NCBI RefSeq assembly: GCF_009914755.1
Contig: NC_060941.1
DNA: 64,000 nucleotides
Direction: 5' to 3' (one strand)
From: the human T2T-CHM13v2.0 reference genome, Homo sapiens
Part shown: positions 29,282-43,276 of the stretch, one piece after another
Layout of the letters: every line of letters begins with the position of its first letter
Numbering within the stretch: the first letter of the stretch is position 1
Made by a program: the position numbers and the translations under genes
The notes under the pieces: generated by a model
Told to the model about the DNA's origin: nothing
The model's input: the letters and a program-made list of their open reading frames with translations, nothing else
The model's database searches: none

Positions 29282-30087
29282 CAGTAGTTTCTGACCCCAG
29301 TTGCAAATCTGACTCAGCAAAACTTAAAAAAAATATGCAAAAGGAAGGCCCTATCCAAGACTTCCTGAATCATAATCTATAGAAGTAAGGCTATGTAACT
29401 TCAATAAGCTTCCAAGATAATCCTGATACACAACTGTGATCAGTGCTTCTGAAGATGTCACATGCATTTAAATCACCAAGGGATGTTGTCAACATGAAGA
29501 TTTTGATCCAGTAGGTCTAGGGTGCCCCTGAGATGTGGCATTTCTAACAAACCCCTGGGGCTGCTTCTGGTCCCGGAGTAAATTTGAGGTAGCCAAGGTG
29601 TAGAGCTATGGTTCTCCATCCCAGCTACATGTTAGAATCACCTGGGGAACTTAAAAAAAATCCCTTTGCTCCAGCTGCACTGCTAACTAAATCATACTTC
29701 TGGGGCTGGGACTCAGACATCACTAATTTCTAAAGCTTCCCAGGTAATAACATTATGCAGCTCTGGGCCAGGCGCAGTGGCTCACACCTGTGATCCCAGC
29801 ACTTTGGGAGGCCGAGGCGGGTGGATCACAAGGTCAGCAGTTCGAGACCAGCCTGGCCAACATGGTGAAACCCCGTCTCCACTAAAAATACAAAAATTAG
29901 CCAGGCGTGGTGGCGGGTGCCTGTAATCCCAGCTACTTGGGAGGCTGAGCAGGAGAATCGCTTTAACTCAGGAGACGGAGGTTGCAGTGAGTCGAGACCA
30001 CGTTCTAGCCTGGGTGACAGAGCAAAGCTCTGTCTCAAAAAAAAAAAGAAAAGAAAAAAAATTGTGCAGCTCTAGTTGAGAACCATT
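29282..30087. mobile_element. Cluster of ~3 adjacent MER5-type elements, the last split by an Alu
   Basis: Repeated cagtrgttyct...aatcacc...ttgagaacca motifs at ~29282, ~29441 and ~29607. Confidence 0.65.
29766..30060 (+). mobile_element. AluSg-like
   Basis: ggccaggcgcagtggctc...poly-A; TSD att(a/g)tgcagctct. Confidence 0.95.
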
Positions 30088-31327
30088 GTTTTGGGAGCTG
30101 TTTTACACCAGAGTCGGTCTGTGATTCAGCTGCTCAACTCCAAACCCAACCACAGGCCTGCTACCTTCTCTCCAAAATCTGTTTTCCAGGCAGCTGCACT
30201 GCATATGTTTTTCCAGACAGCTAGACAGTACATATTTTCATCACAGAAGAGCTCATTGAAACACATCCCTTTCTAGAGATAACCAATAGCAGTATTAGCA
30301 AAGTCTATACATCCACCCTATTCCCTTTGCACAGAAAATTAATTCTCAGTTGTTGGTTAATGGCTTCTTGGCTTCTCTGTCTCTCTCCTGGAGCAATCTG
30401 CACGGTACATTTACACAACCACATAGGCAGTGGTACGTGGACACACCACATGCATGAGATTAACCTCTCACTCACACATCCCCTCTATCTTCCACTTTTT
30501 GTCATTTTATACTCCCTGGTCCTTCCCTAAGAACACTAGGGAATTAATATCATACTTCTCCACCTCTTCCACCTTCTTCAAGTCATCTGTACCTCTGAGC
30601 TCTTGCACACTGTGCAGCATTGCTCAGACTGTCTTAACTCGCCAGTCCTCACCAGAATATCCTAACTCACCCTGCGAAATGGCTGGTTCCCACTTGTCTT
30701 TCAGCTCTTTCTTTCTTGCCTTTGGACATCACCTTCCCAGGCACCACAATTCTCGGCAACTCCTCTTTGTTCCATGGAAATGTCTACTATAATCCTTAGC
30801 ACGTTGTGAAGTATTTATTGATTTCTGAATCTCTTTTCCCCACTAGACTGTGAGCTCCTTACTGGTGGGAGTGTCTTGCCAATCTCTCAATCTATACCAC
30901 AATGCTACTTTCTGAGCACAATGCCCAGAACAGAGCAGCAGGTTACATGACATTTTATTGAATTAATCAATGGTCCCTCTCCTCTTTTTTTCCTGCTTTC
31001 TCTATTAGATTGTATAAAATGTACAGAAACTGATCTGTTTTAGCATGATTCTGACTGGCATATTTGCTCAAACTAGTCCACACCCCACGAGAGTATAATT
31101 GGAATATCCAGTCCTTCCAAAACCCTGTCAATCATTCTTCTGTGTAAATAGGCACAGGTGATTGGTTCTAATCAAAGTCATTAGGGTGGTTCTGGAACGA
31201 TCCTGCTGCCATATGTAGATAATTATGGCAGAAGTCTAAATTTTGGATGTTAGCCAATCTAAATAGCATTAGCATGAGGAATTTAAATAGAACAAAAGGA
31301 GAAGGATGGCACAGTATTTGGACATAA

Positions 31328-31575
31328 ATAATAATAGCTAGCACTTATAGAGCGTTTTCTATGTGCCAGGCACTCTTCTAAGTACTTTACATATATTAAC
31401 TCATTTATACAACATAACCGTCTTACGAGATAACCACTATTAGTATCTGAATTTTATAGGTGAGGAAACTAAGGTACAAAGAGGTTAGGTAACCTGGCCA
31501 ACATATACCTGGTAAGTGGTGGAGCCTCTTTTGGGACCAGGTAGATTAGGAGCTCCAGGTCTGTGTTCCCCATCC
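31328..31575 (-). mobile_element. MIR
   Basis: ataataatagctagcacttatagagcg...ttttataggtgaggaaactaagg. Confidence 0.8.
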
Positions 31576-32518
31576 CTGTGGGGAACTGTGCTCTAGTCTA
31601 TGCTGCCCTAGTGAATGGGCTTCTTTCAAGATCCAGCATAATCAAATTTCTCAGACCTAACTCGACCCCGGAAGCAGAATGGACCATCAGGGTTCTCTAT
31701 CTTATTGAAGTAGCAGTCCTCAAAGTTTAGCATATTGTTTTTTTTTCCTTTTTCTCTCTCTTAAATATACACACATAGAGCCATACCCATCTCTTAGAAA
31801 ATAGACACAGGGACTTTCAATAGCTAACTTACTTATAAAAACAAAGTAATTCTGAATGAGAGCAATGCTGTTGTGTTCCTCGAGTTTTGCTTGCTTTTGG
31901 AGATAAGACTGGGGTGCTGGAATGAGGAGTTCGGTTGATGGTTTCTGAGTCTAAGACTCCTATTAATGATACCACTGTTAGTCATTATTTGACGGCTCCT
32001 TTTTTTGGATCTACCAGAAACCTAAGATCCCTCCTGTGCTCTCTGGGGATGTGGTCCAACCCCTTGGCTTTATGAGGAAAATTAGAGAGCTCCCTGTGTC
32101 ACACTGGAGGACCTGCCTGTGAAATGCGTCTGTCCTCATCACTGCAGTTTTCACCTTTTGTATAAGGTGGCTTCATTGGTGACCTCACATTTGAAAAACC
32201 AAGAGTTAGAATCAATATTTCTGCATGGTCATTTCTTCCCCGACACCATCAAATGAATATGATCTGATGTGCCTGGACCAGATAAACACACTGCCTCTTC
32301 CCATCTCTGAAGCCAGAGGGAAAAGCTGGGAGCTTGTGTCTTTAATGAAGTTCTCTACATTGCTAAGGAGAAGTAGAGCAGACTGTACTTCTTCGAAAAA
32401 AAGTTAGCAAGAAAAGAACTTCACAATAGTTTCTATGTTCTCACTCCTCCTTATGCCACATGGGAAACTATTAGAATGTAATTTAAAAAAAATAAAAGTA
32501 GTATCAGTATCTCTAAAG

Positions 32519-32706
32519 CAGTGGTTCTCAAAGTGTGGCTCCCACACCAGCAGCATCAACATTCCCTAGAAACTTGTTAGAAGTGCAAATTCTTGGGCTC
32601 TATCCCAGACTTACTGAATCAGAAGCTCTGGGGGTGGGATCAGCAGTGTGTGTTTTAATATGCCCTCCAGGTGATTCTGATGTGTGCCAAAGTTTGAGAA
32701 CCACTG
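32519..32706. mobile_element. MER5A, complete
   Basis: 14-bp perfect TIRs cagtggttctcaaa/tttgagaaccactg, 188 bp. Confidence 0.92.
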
Positions 32707-33661
32707 TCATAAAGAATTAAGACATTTAATCAAAACATGCTTCCTAATATATGACCGTACCAAAATTGATGCAGAGAATACATCATTTAAGTATCTTGTC
32801 CTCAAGGGATATCTTAACTAATGCTACCTAGAAATGTAGTTCTGTAGCAGGCACGAAGTGTCATCCAAATTGTAAGAAGCTAGACATAAACTGCTGGGAT
32901 ATTGAAGCCATCTATTCATTGCCAACTCCAGAAAAATGCCTCCACAGTGTATTGACTGTCCTTTGCCCATTGATCAAGGCAGATGGGATGTGGTTGGAGG
33001 TTGATGATTAATTCAGGTGTTTCTTACTTGAAGAGCTCAGCTGTTCCCCTTGCTCACAGCTGCCTTATTGACGTGATGATATTAAAACTGTGAAACTTCT
33101 GAAAGCTAATTCAACCAACTGACTTTAATCACCAGGGTGATAGGACACACCAAGACACTATAAAGACTGGAGCTTTGGTCAAATTCAAATGTTATTGCTT
33201 TTGACTGGGAACGTTGCAAGACACACAGAGCAAATGGAACCAGAACAGTGTCATCTTTAAAATTAGTTACAAAGATCAAAACGTTAAAAAACTGAAATGA
33301 TTTTTTCAAGCATAAAAATTTATCCTCTCAGAAATAATTAATTTGATAAAATTACTTACTAGATCCATGTATCGTTGTGTCATTATAGCTGCAGTGTCTA
33401 AAATAACCTTAGCTTTTCTTTTTGAAGAAGCCAGTACAATTTCTAAAAGACACATACCTAATTAAGTCAGACAGTAACTAACTTGACTTTCCAATGTTGT
33501 TCTATAGAGAATACTAGTTATAATTATCTTTTCCCCACTTTCCCCCCCAAAATTGGGGTATGGACTCACATGCAAGATTAACAATAAAATAGAAGGTCAT
33601 CAAACTCAGAAGGAAGCAATATTCTAGTTCATGGGGCTCTTGTCCAGTGTTGTCTGTATTA

Positions 33662-34045
<384 letters not shown>

Positions 34046-34539
34046 TCACAAAGGATCAGTGTTCCAGGGCAAGAACTTACCTGGAATAGTGCCACCACCA
34101 AAATTTACCTGGTGAGACCATTGGTATGACCTAACATGTTGCTTCTGATACATGCATCTTTGGTCATTTTCCATTGCCTGAGTTCAGTGGCATGAAGATG
34201 AAAGGTTATATGGAGATGAAAAGAAAATGGTAAGAGTCATAGGCTCACAGAATTATTTGTGTTAATGGAAGAGTTCAGGTCTTGTCATCGTTTTCTGTTG
34301 GCAGTAGCCACAAGTTGTGAGTCCAGATGCCTCCCAGTCTTCCAGGAGTCTTAATAATTATCCCTGAATCTCAGATTGCTCTTTGAGCCAGCCCTGACTC
34401 ACTGAAGCTACAGTTGCTAGGGTAAGACTAAAGCTAGAAGTAATAATCAAGTTGGCTGCGACCTCATCTTTCCAGTATTAATGCCCTCAATCAGCAACCC
34501 TCGGAGGAGGTTGGATGAGTTATCCAGTTCACTGAAGCA

Positions 34540-34785
34540 ATAGCAATCCTTGAGCATCTATCTTGTACCAGCAGGTCCTTCGCCTATGTTTTCTTTAATT
34601 CTCATAATAATTCTACAAAGTAGGTACTATGAACTTCTGGGTGCAGATGAGGAAAAGGAAGCTTGGAGAGATGAAGTGACTTACCCAAATATGCACAGCT
34701 ATTAAGTGGCAGAACTAGTATTTGAATTCAGGTCCAATTAGAGTTAGGGTTAGGGTAAGGTTGAACCCTAAAATCTAACTTCTTC
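34540..34785 (-). mobile_element. MIR containing short telomere-like insert
   Basis: cagatgaggaaa...gaagtgacttaccc...tttgaattcaggtc. Confidence 0.75.
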
Positions 34786-34964
34786 CTTTGGTCCTTGTTA
34801 TGAAATTGGATCACACTGATAAGCTGCCCTGCAATAACCTCGCTGACTGATAGTGTCACTATGGACATTGGACGCTAGCCAGTCTGTCCCCTTCATCCCT
34901 TAGGTCCAGGACGCCCCATGCATCCACTCCCCAATCTGGCTGGCTCCAGGAATAGTTCAAGACT

Positions 34965-35149
34965 TAGTAGGTTGTCAAAGTGTGGTCCCTGGACCTGCTG
35001 TGCCAGTGTCACCTATGAACAAATTAGAAATGCAAATTTTCCAGTACCACCCCAGGCCCACTGAATCAGAAAATCTGGGGTTGGGACCCAGAAAATGTGT
35101 CTTAACAGCTCATCCAGGCGGCTCTGTTGCATAAGAGCTCAGAACACTG
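34965..35149. mobile_element. MER5A-like element
   Basis: tcaaagtgtggtccctggacc...agaaatgcaaatt...ctgaatcagaa. Confidence 0.8.
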
Positions 35150-35209
35150 GTCTAGCCTGTTTCTTAGTATAGATGGAAACAGTGAAACAGAAACTCAATT
35201 CTGTCTATT

Positions 35210-35521
35210 TTATTTATTTTTTTATTATTTTTATTTTTTTGAGACAGAGTCTCACTTTATCGCCCATGCTGGAGTGCAGTGGCGCGATCTTGGCTCACTG
35301 CAAACTCCGCCTCCCAGGTTCATGCCATTCTCCTGCCTCAGCCTCCTGAGTAGCTGGGACTACAGGCGCCTGCCGCCACGCCCGGCTAATTTTTTGTATT
35401 CTTAGTAGAGACAGGGTTTCACCCTGTTAGCCCGGTTGGTCTCGATCTCGTGACCTCGTGATCTGCCCACCTCGGCCTCCCAAAGTGCTGGGATTACAGG
35501 TGTGAGCCACCGCGCCTGGCC
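35210..35521 (-). mobile_element. AluY-like
   Basis: gttcatgccattctcc and gtctcgatctc; 15-bp TSD tcaattctgtctatt at 35195-35209 and 35522-35536. Confidence 0.95.
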
Positions 35522-35652
35522 TCAATTCTGTCTATTCAGCCTCTCCCACTCTTGATCTCTCTCTCACTAATTTTCTGTTTCTCAGGTATTTTAGAAATGT
35601 AGGCTGGCTTTGAAGGCCCGCATATTTATTTTATTGTTTTCCAAAATCACTT

Positions 35653-35972
<320 letters not shown>

Positions 35973-36389
35973 TGAGGGTATCACAGATTGCCCAAGGCTG
36001 GCATGGAGAACCTCTGCATGTTAGGGAGCATCATCTGTTTCCTTAACTTGCTGATGTGACCTTGCAGGTGATTAAGATTTTCGTCTGGGTAGCTGGAGTT
36101 TTATTGACCACGCACGTGCATTCAGGATTCTAATAGGTGTGTTCAAATGGGCCTCTTCCTTTTATTTTCCTTAATTCATAAATGCCTACCAATGTATGAT
36201 TGTTTTTAGAAAAGGCAAGGTGGTTTTCATTTAGTTTCCTTTTCCCCCAAGGATATTTGGGGAAGATAAGAAAAAGGTTGTCTCTGAAAAAAATAAGGTT
36301 GTCTCTGAAAATGTGAAGTGGTTGCTTATTAATGGCAAGTTGTAGTGTAAAAGATGAGCTTTGAAGATCTTGTGAACTGGGTTTAAATA

Positions 36390-36590
36390 TCCTTTCCACT
36401 TTACTGGCTTTGAGTCCTTGGAAAAAATCATTTTAAATCTCTGAACTTTAATTTTTTCATCTTTAATATGAAGAAAATAATACCAACTAGGGCTGTTGTG
36501 AGAACTATATGGCAGTATAGTGAAAGTGAAGTACCTCACACACTGGCATACTGTAGTGTTAAGTAAATAGCAAATAACTATTATTATTGG
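36390..36590 (+). mobile_element. MIR
   Basis: tctctgaac...catctttaatatg...agggctgttgtgaga...gctattattatt-like tail. Confidence 0.65.
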
Positions 36591-36646
36591 GGAAAATGGC
36601 ACAGTGTTACATACTCTGGAGTAAAGATATGGAAGCCACCAAATAA

Positions 36647-37009
<363 letters not shown>

Positions 37010-37512
37010 TGAACTTGGTTAGAGGCTTGTATTCCGTGCATTCCACCATCCCCACCACCCCTGGGCCCGGGTGTGGCCTTTCTTTCCTTTACATGCTGGC
37101 AGGCTTCCAAGGAACAATCTGGGAAGCACTAGAAAGTAGGGCTGTGGCCAGGGCATGCATGCAATAAGTAGGTAGATTATGGCTTAAGTGGAAGTCACTT
37201 TCTAACATTAGTGAAGAGGCTGCATTGTAATGAGGATCCTGCCAGAGATGCCATCAAGGGGATTACTGGGGGAAAGGCATGACTTTGCTACTCCTCACAC
37301 ACTTCCCAACTGTAAGAGCCCATAGGCTGTGATTCCTACCCACGTGGCTTCCTCCACACACAGATCTGTGGATGGGCACTCAGGAATGAGTGAAAGCATG
37401 TACTTGGATTCCATAAATCCCAGGACACTATCTCCTTCCGGCATGTCATTCTGTGATTGCCATCACAGATCACCTTAACTCCAGTCAGACTTTCGATGAT
37501 ACGTCATTTCGT

Positions 37513-38200
37513 GTCAGGGTAGTGTTGAGCTGCAAGTAACAGAAAACCAGGCATAAACAAACAGAGTTTATCTGCCCTATAGAACAAGATGTCTGTGTTC
37601 ACCCTCATAGTTGCTTGATGGCTGGGAAGCTCCAGTTATGACATTCAAGCTCAGAGGCCATTGCCCAGACATTCAAGGAAAAGCCAGAACAGAGGGAGGA
37701 CAATACCACCAGACACCGGCTTCTGTTTCTCTGTCCCTTCTTTACTGCTGTGTCCAAACCACCCCAGAACTGGGGCATGCAACGACCACCATCTACCTGA
37801 GGAGGCAATCTGGCTGGCTCAGCTGGCCGGTTCTTCTCTCATGTGGCTATGCTTGGTTCTTGGAGGTTGGCAGACTGGATCAGCCTCTGTGAATGGGGCA
37901 CCAGGACCACGTGCCTCTCATCACCCCACAGGCTCACTTGGGCTTGTTCTGGCCAAGCCCAAGTGTTCCAGCCGTGTTTCCAAAGGAGGGCAGAGCCATG
38001 TTCCGCTTCTTGAGTCTCAGCCTCAGAACTGGAACATTGCGTTGCCTCCTTCTGTTGGCCAAAGTAAGACACGTAGCCAGCTCAGCTTTTAAGAGGTGGA
38101 AAAATAGATCCCATCTCCTGATGGGAGGCGCTGCGCAGTCACAGTGAAAAGAGATGTGCACCCAGGGAGGGCTGAAGATGGAGGTCATCCATCTGCCAGG
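37513..38200 (-). mobile_element. MLT1-family LTR fragments
   Basis: gctgcaagtaacagaaaacc...cttctgttggccaaagtaagacac...catctcctgatgggagg. Confidence 0.6.
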
Positions 38201-38239
38201 GACTTATTAGCAAAAACTAAAACTGGGAGGTTGGGGACT

Positions 38240-38452
38240 TTTATTCTTTCCCTTTCTCTTCCTTCCTTCCCTTCTACCTTTTCCTCTTCTCCTCTCTCCT
38301 TCTCCTCCAGTTCCTCTTCCTCCCCTCTTCTTCCTCCTCTCCCCTCCCATTGCTCTTCCTTTCCCTCCTCTCCTCCTTCTCCTCCTCCTTATCCCTTCCT
38401 CATCTTTCTTCTGTACTCCTCCTTCTCCTCCTGCTCCTGCTTCTTTTCTTCT
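38240..38452. repeat. CT-rich polypyrimidine low-complexity tract
   Basis: About 210 nt of nearly pure C/T (cctcttcctcc...). Confidence 0.9.
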
Positions 38453-39059
38453 GAAATCTTTACCAGACCCTAAAATAAAGACAGGCCAGGGAAGAAAATG
38501 CTGCAAAACAGTATTGGGACACACCACTTTGCAGTATCTCATTCTTGACTTTGCTAAGAAAGTTATTGGATGGATATCCCTACCAGACTCTCAAAAACCT
38601 CAACCCTGCTTCACTCTTATTGGCATATCCTGGGAGGCATTCATCTTGACCCAGGCAGCCCTCAGAATGCCACTGGGTTCCTGTTGAGGCATTAAAGGGG
38701 CTTAAATGATACAGAAACTATGCTTCTATTCTTTCCCTGCCCCTCCCTGCCATTGAAATGTCAGTCATGGCAAAACCTTGCAAAGTACACGTGAGTACAA
38801 AGTGGCTGCTTTGCTTCCCTGTGGCTTTTGTAGCTGTCCTCAAAAACACACTCTGTGATAAGGTATGAGAGGAGACCTTCAAAAACCCACATATAATAAT
38901 ACTCTCCCTTAGGATTTTTACTTGAAAGTGAAACGATTTATAAATGACATGTAGGCAAATATCAGTCTGGATGCAGAAACTTGCTGGCCACATTGGTATT
39001 TCAGTGACTATATATATGCTGAGGCTAAAGAAGGTTATTATTCTCAAAAGAAAAAAACA

Positions 39060-39350
39060 GGCCGGGTGTGGTGGCTCACGCCTGTAATCCCAGCACTTTG
39101 GGAGGCCCAGGCGGGTGAATCATGAGGTCAGGAGTTTGAGACCAGCCTGGCCAAGATGGTGAAACCCCGTCTCTACTAAAAATACAAAAATTATCCGGGC
39201 GTGGTGGCACACGCCTGTAGTCCCAGCTACTTGGGAGGCTGAGACAGGAGAATCGCTTGAACCTGGGAGGCGGAGGAGCTGAGATCGTGCCATTGCACTC
39301 CAGCCTGGGGCGACAAGAGCAAAACTCCATCTAAAAAAAAAAAAAAGAAA
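39060..39350 (+). mobile_element. AluSg-like with small right-arm deletion
   Basis: cggagg|agctgagatcg lacks ttgcagtg; TSD aaagaaaaaaaca. Confidence 0.95.
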
Positions 39351-39399
39351 GAAAGAAAAAAACAATGAATAAACTCATGATCCAAAGTTCATAAGATAA

Positions 39400-39620
39400 T
39401 AGGGAGCATTTATTCAGCATTATTATGTGTTCTGGTGGTGTACTAAGTATTTGTATGTGATCTAATTTCATCCTCAAACAGTCCAATGAAGTAAGAAATA
39501 TCCCCATTTTATATCTGATAAAACTGAGGCACAGATAATTGAAGTTAGGGATCTTCATTTGGAGAATCAGTACTCAAATTCACCTCCATTTGACTTCAAA
39601 CCCCTGCTTCTGACCATTAG
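39400..39620 (-). mobile_element. MIR
   Basis: catttattcagc...ccccattttatatctgataaaactgaggcacaga. Confidence 0.7.
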
Positions 39621-40087
39621 AACACAACACATTCTATTTATTTATAATCCATGGTGTGAAAGTAATTATAAATGAACCTAAAATACAATTTATGGTTCAT
39701 AAGTATCAGCTGACAGTCTTGACTCACTGGGCTTATGTCCCTGTGTGAGAGCCAAAATAATTAAAACCCAAATGAATTTACAATTACTCACCAGCTCTAA
39801 TGACCATGGTGTTGTTTAATGAAGTAGAATACATTACTTAAGCCAGACGATTATTGATAATTTTAAAAGGTGTAAACAAGATCTTTATTAATGAGGTTGT
39901 TCATTCACAATGACACTTATGTCTATTAAACTACATTGATAGGTCGAGGCTTTGCTGTGGATTTTGCTGTTTTTCCTTATTGTTTTGTTGTTGCTGTTGT
40001 TCTTTTTTTTGCTATAGGATTTTGGTATTATCTAACAGGTTAGTGTTTTCCAAACTGTATTTCCTAGGAGATGACCTCTGTTATGTT

Positions 40088-40465
40088 TGCCTTAGTGAGT
40101 TTGAGCTGCTAGAGCAAAATACCGTAGACTTGATGGCTTAAAAAAGACATTAATTTATCACAGTTTGGGAAGCTAAAAGCCCAGGATCGAGGTGATAGAT
40201 CCATTGTCTGGCGAGGGATTGCTTCTTGGTTTACAGATAGGCTTCGTCTCCTTATATCCTCACGTGGCAGAGAGAGAAAGAGAGGGAGATATTATTTCTC
40301 TCATGTTTCTTCTTATAAGACCACTAATTCCATTTGGGGGGTGGGCTCTACCTTCATGACTTAATTATGTCTCAAAGGCCCCACCTCCAGATGCCATCAC
40401 ATTGGGCATTTAGGCTTCAACATAGGAATTTGAGAGGTGGGGACCCAGGCATTGAGTTCATAGCA
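40088..40465 (-). mobile_element. MLT1A/MST-type solo LTR
   Basis: tgccttagt...gctgctagagcaaaatacc...ggcttcaacataggaattt...catagca. Confidence 0.8.
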
Positions 40466-41059
40466 TTGCTCATAGATGTCCCATGAACAAAAAGGGTCCC
40501 AGAGTCAAGTAAATATATATAATGTAATATTCATTAACATTTAAAGTATATTTGTTTGTTTACTGCAAGGCATATTAGAGCCTTTTACACATTATAATCT
40601 GCATGGTGGATCTCCAAGACGGCAGTATTATTTGCATTGTTGGCCATACTTACTTGGGATGATGTGAACTGCAGAACTATTCAGTGGCTGGTCCATCTCA
40701 TCTCATAGTTGTTGGTCGAAATTCACAAATGTCTGCAGAACTGTATGGATCTCAAAATCCACTTATGAATATAATAATGTGTAGTGCATTTTAAAATTAT
40801 TCTTAGCCTTCTAAAAATGATTGTCATTTTGAATGAAAATTACTTGGATTTTAAAGATTTAGGACTTTCTGTATTTAGTGAAAAATAAATAAAACATAAT
40901 TTATGCGTTGGCTTTTAAACACCAAAGAATATTCATTATATTCTTTATGTATATTGACTATGTCAAAAAATACAACATATCCTCACTTGAATATTACTTC
41001 AGACTTCTGGTCTGAAGTCAGATTCAGGAAAGACATAGTAAAACTGAATTGGGGGAGAA

Positions 41060-41260
41060 AGCTAACATTTTGGGAGTGTTTACCTGATGTAAGTCATTTT
41101 TATGTCTGACTTAACCCTTTCACAACCCTTTAAGGTAAGTATTCACTATGCAAACACAAAATCTTCATCCCAGAGAAATCAAAACTAAGTTTACACAGAT
41201 AGTAAAGTGAGAGTCAGGATTTGAACCCAAAACCATCTGACTCGAAAGCTCATACTCTAT
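41060..41260 (-). mobile_element. MIR
   Basis: gctaacatttt...gtcaggatttgaaccc...tctgactc. Confidence 0.6.
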
Positions 41261-42097
41261 TATTTTAAAAATCAAATGAAATAATTAAAATAAAATTATA
41301 TGAAATCTGCCATTTGAAAACAGATATGATTGGCAAGCTGACAACAACAACAACAACAATTATATTACTTCCATGAGACAGAAAATGCTAAAAGGAGATA
41401 ACAGTTCATTTATATTAAACCATGAGTGGTGACTGAGGAACTAGTCTGTTCACCAGAGTCTAAAATGAGGGAATATAAGTTTGACTGGGTTTTTTCAGAA
41501 AGATCAAATTATTAATGAACAAAACAAGTAATTATTAACCAAATTACCACCAAGAAATGGTTGATTCCGAAAACACAAGTAGGTTGAAGAAGTAAATGGA
41601 TCCATTACTGGGTAATTTATGTTTCGAATTTTTTATTCAAGATTATGTAATACACCATCCTCACTGGCAATGCACCCTTTATTACCACCCGATAACCAGC
41701 TAGATGGTGTTTTGTATGGGGAGCACGTGGCCTCACCCTGGGGTTCTGACAATCACAGTGGACATTCTCCAGGACAGCGCTGGCCTTTTGGAGATCGGGG
41801 ACAATTTAGAGATGTAATCTTCACTTGGACTAAGATTTAGCTAAGATGCAGCCTTCTGATGCAGGCTTCTTCTCCTGAAAACAGCTCTGCTTTACAACAT
41901 ACAAAACAAACATAGAAGGCTGCTTTGGACCATCTTCTCAGCAGAGCCATTGCTGGTAGTTCGGACATGGTAGGAACAGAGCTTCTGGAATTGGAGCTAG
42001 CATTGGAGCCTTATTGAAGCAAAGTGATTAACATATCAGAGGTCAGGATGTATGTGTCCAACTGAATAAATTCTGTCCCCATTGTTATCAGATAAGA

Positions 42098-42248
42098 GAT
42101 CTAGGAAAATGCTTAGTCGATCTAGGAAAATGCTTAGTCCGTTTTAAACGGAAGTTGATAAGGAGATGTACTGAAGGTACTTGGTCAGTTTTAAAAGAAG
42201 GTAAAAGAAGTACTCAAGGTACTTGGTCAGTTAGAAGATAGTAAGAAG
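42098..42248. repeat. Two adjacent local tandem duplications (21 bp x2; ~42 bp x2)
   Basis: gatctaggaaaatgcttagtc at 42098 and 42119; gtact(g/c)aaggtacttggtcagtt at 42168 and 42210. Confidence 0.9.
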
Positions 42249-43276
42249 AAACACACATTAGTGTATCTTGTGAGCAGAGGTACATGTGGAATACACCTCA
42301 CATGTGTTCTTCCCTAACCCTCAAACTTCATAACAAATGCCTTCCAAATTTTAGAATCAGAACAGAATATGTCAAAAGTAGCACCAAAAAATGTGAAAAG
42401 TAAGTAATGGTTCTTTATGCTCTGTGGGTTTATTTTTAATTGTTATGATGGAGAATTTTTTTTAAAAAAATCTTGGTGTCCAAGTTTTGATGGTATATCA
42501 TTTGTCCCATCTCTACTTGGCTGGAACTGTGCTGTCTCCACTCCATACAGGGTAAGTCATGTTATCATGGTGGATATTTGATCAGTATCCTTCTTTTTCA
42601 CTCCATTGCATTGTCATGAGAGATTTCTTTGTTACATTTCTTCCCACTTACCTTCTTGATCATCTCTCCTTACTTTTTTGTTATTTTTTTCCTTCTGTTT
42701 TCATTCTGCACCCTGCCCCTCAACAGCACTTGGCTTGATTCCTAGCTTCACCACTTAATGGCGATGAGATGCTTGGCAACCCTCTTAACTAACACCTTGG
42801 AGACTATTTTCTCATACATAAAAGGGAAACAGTAACTCTATCCACCACACTTTGCAAACTGTAAAGTGCTATCTAAATATAAGTTTAGTATCATGGCTAT
42901 CATTGCCCTATCCCTACCTTCCCTGCATTGGCGTAAGCATATTCCTGGATAAGACTGTCCGTCATTTGGTTTGTTGAAAAGGCTGATGTGAAAGGAATCA
43001 CCTTTCCCTGCCACCCCACCTGCCTACTGCTGTCATCACATTGTTGTATTTATAATGAATTTGTTCTTTTCTTTCTTAGTTACTTGGGTCTTGTATGGTC
43101 TGTGGAGATCATTTTATTTCTATTCCATTTCCATCTGCTCACCAGTTTGTACTAATTGAGGTGCTGCCTGTCTTTCCATTCCTCTGCTTACCTGGCGCTA
43201 ACTGAGAAACTAATCTAGTCTGTTCTTTCCACTGGAAGATGAGAGGCTTCCAGGAAGGTCAAGAATATGTGATTAA

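Noticed and set aside
37605-38542. Dense overlapping ORFs up to 143 aa
   Set aside because: They fall in MLT1 LTR and CT-rich low-complexity sequence, with no recognisable domain
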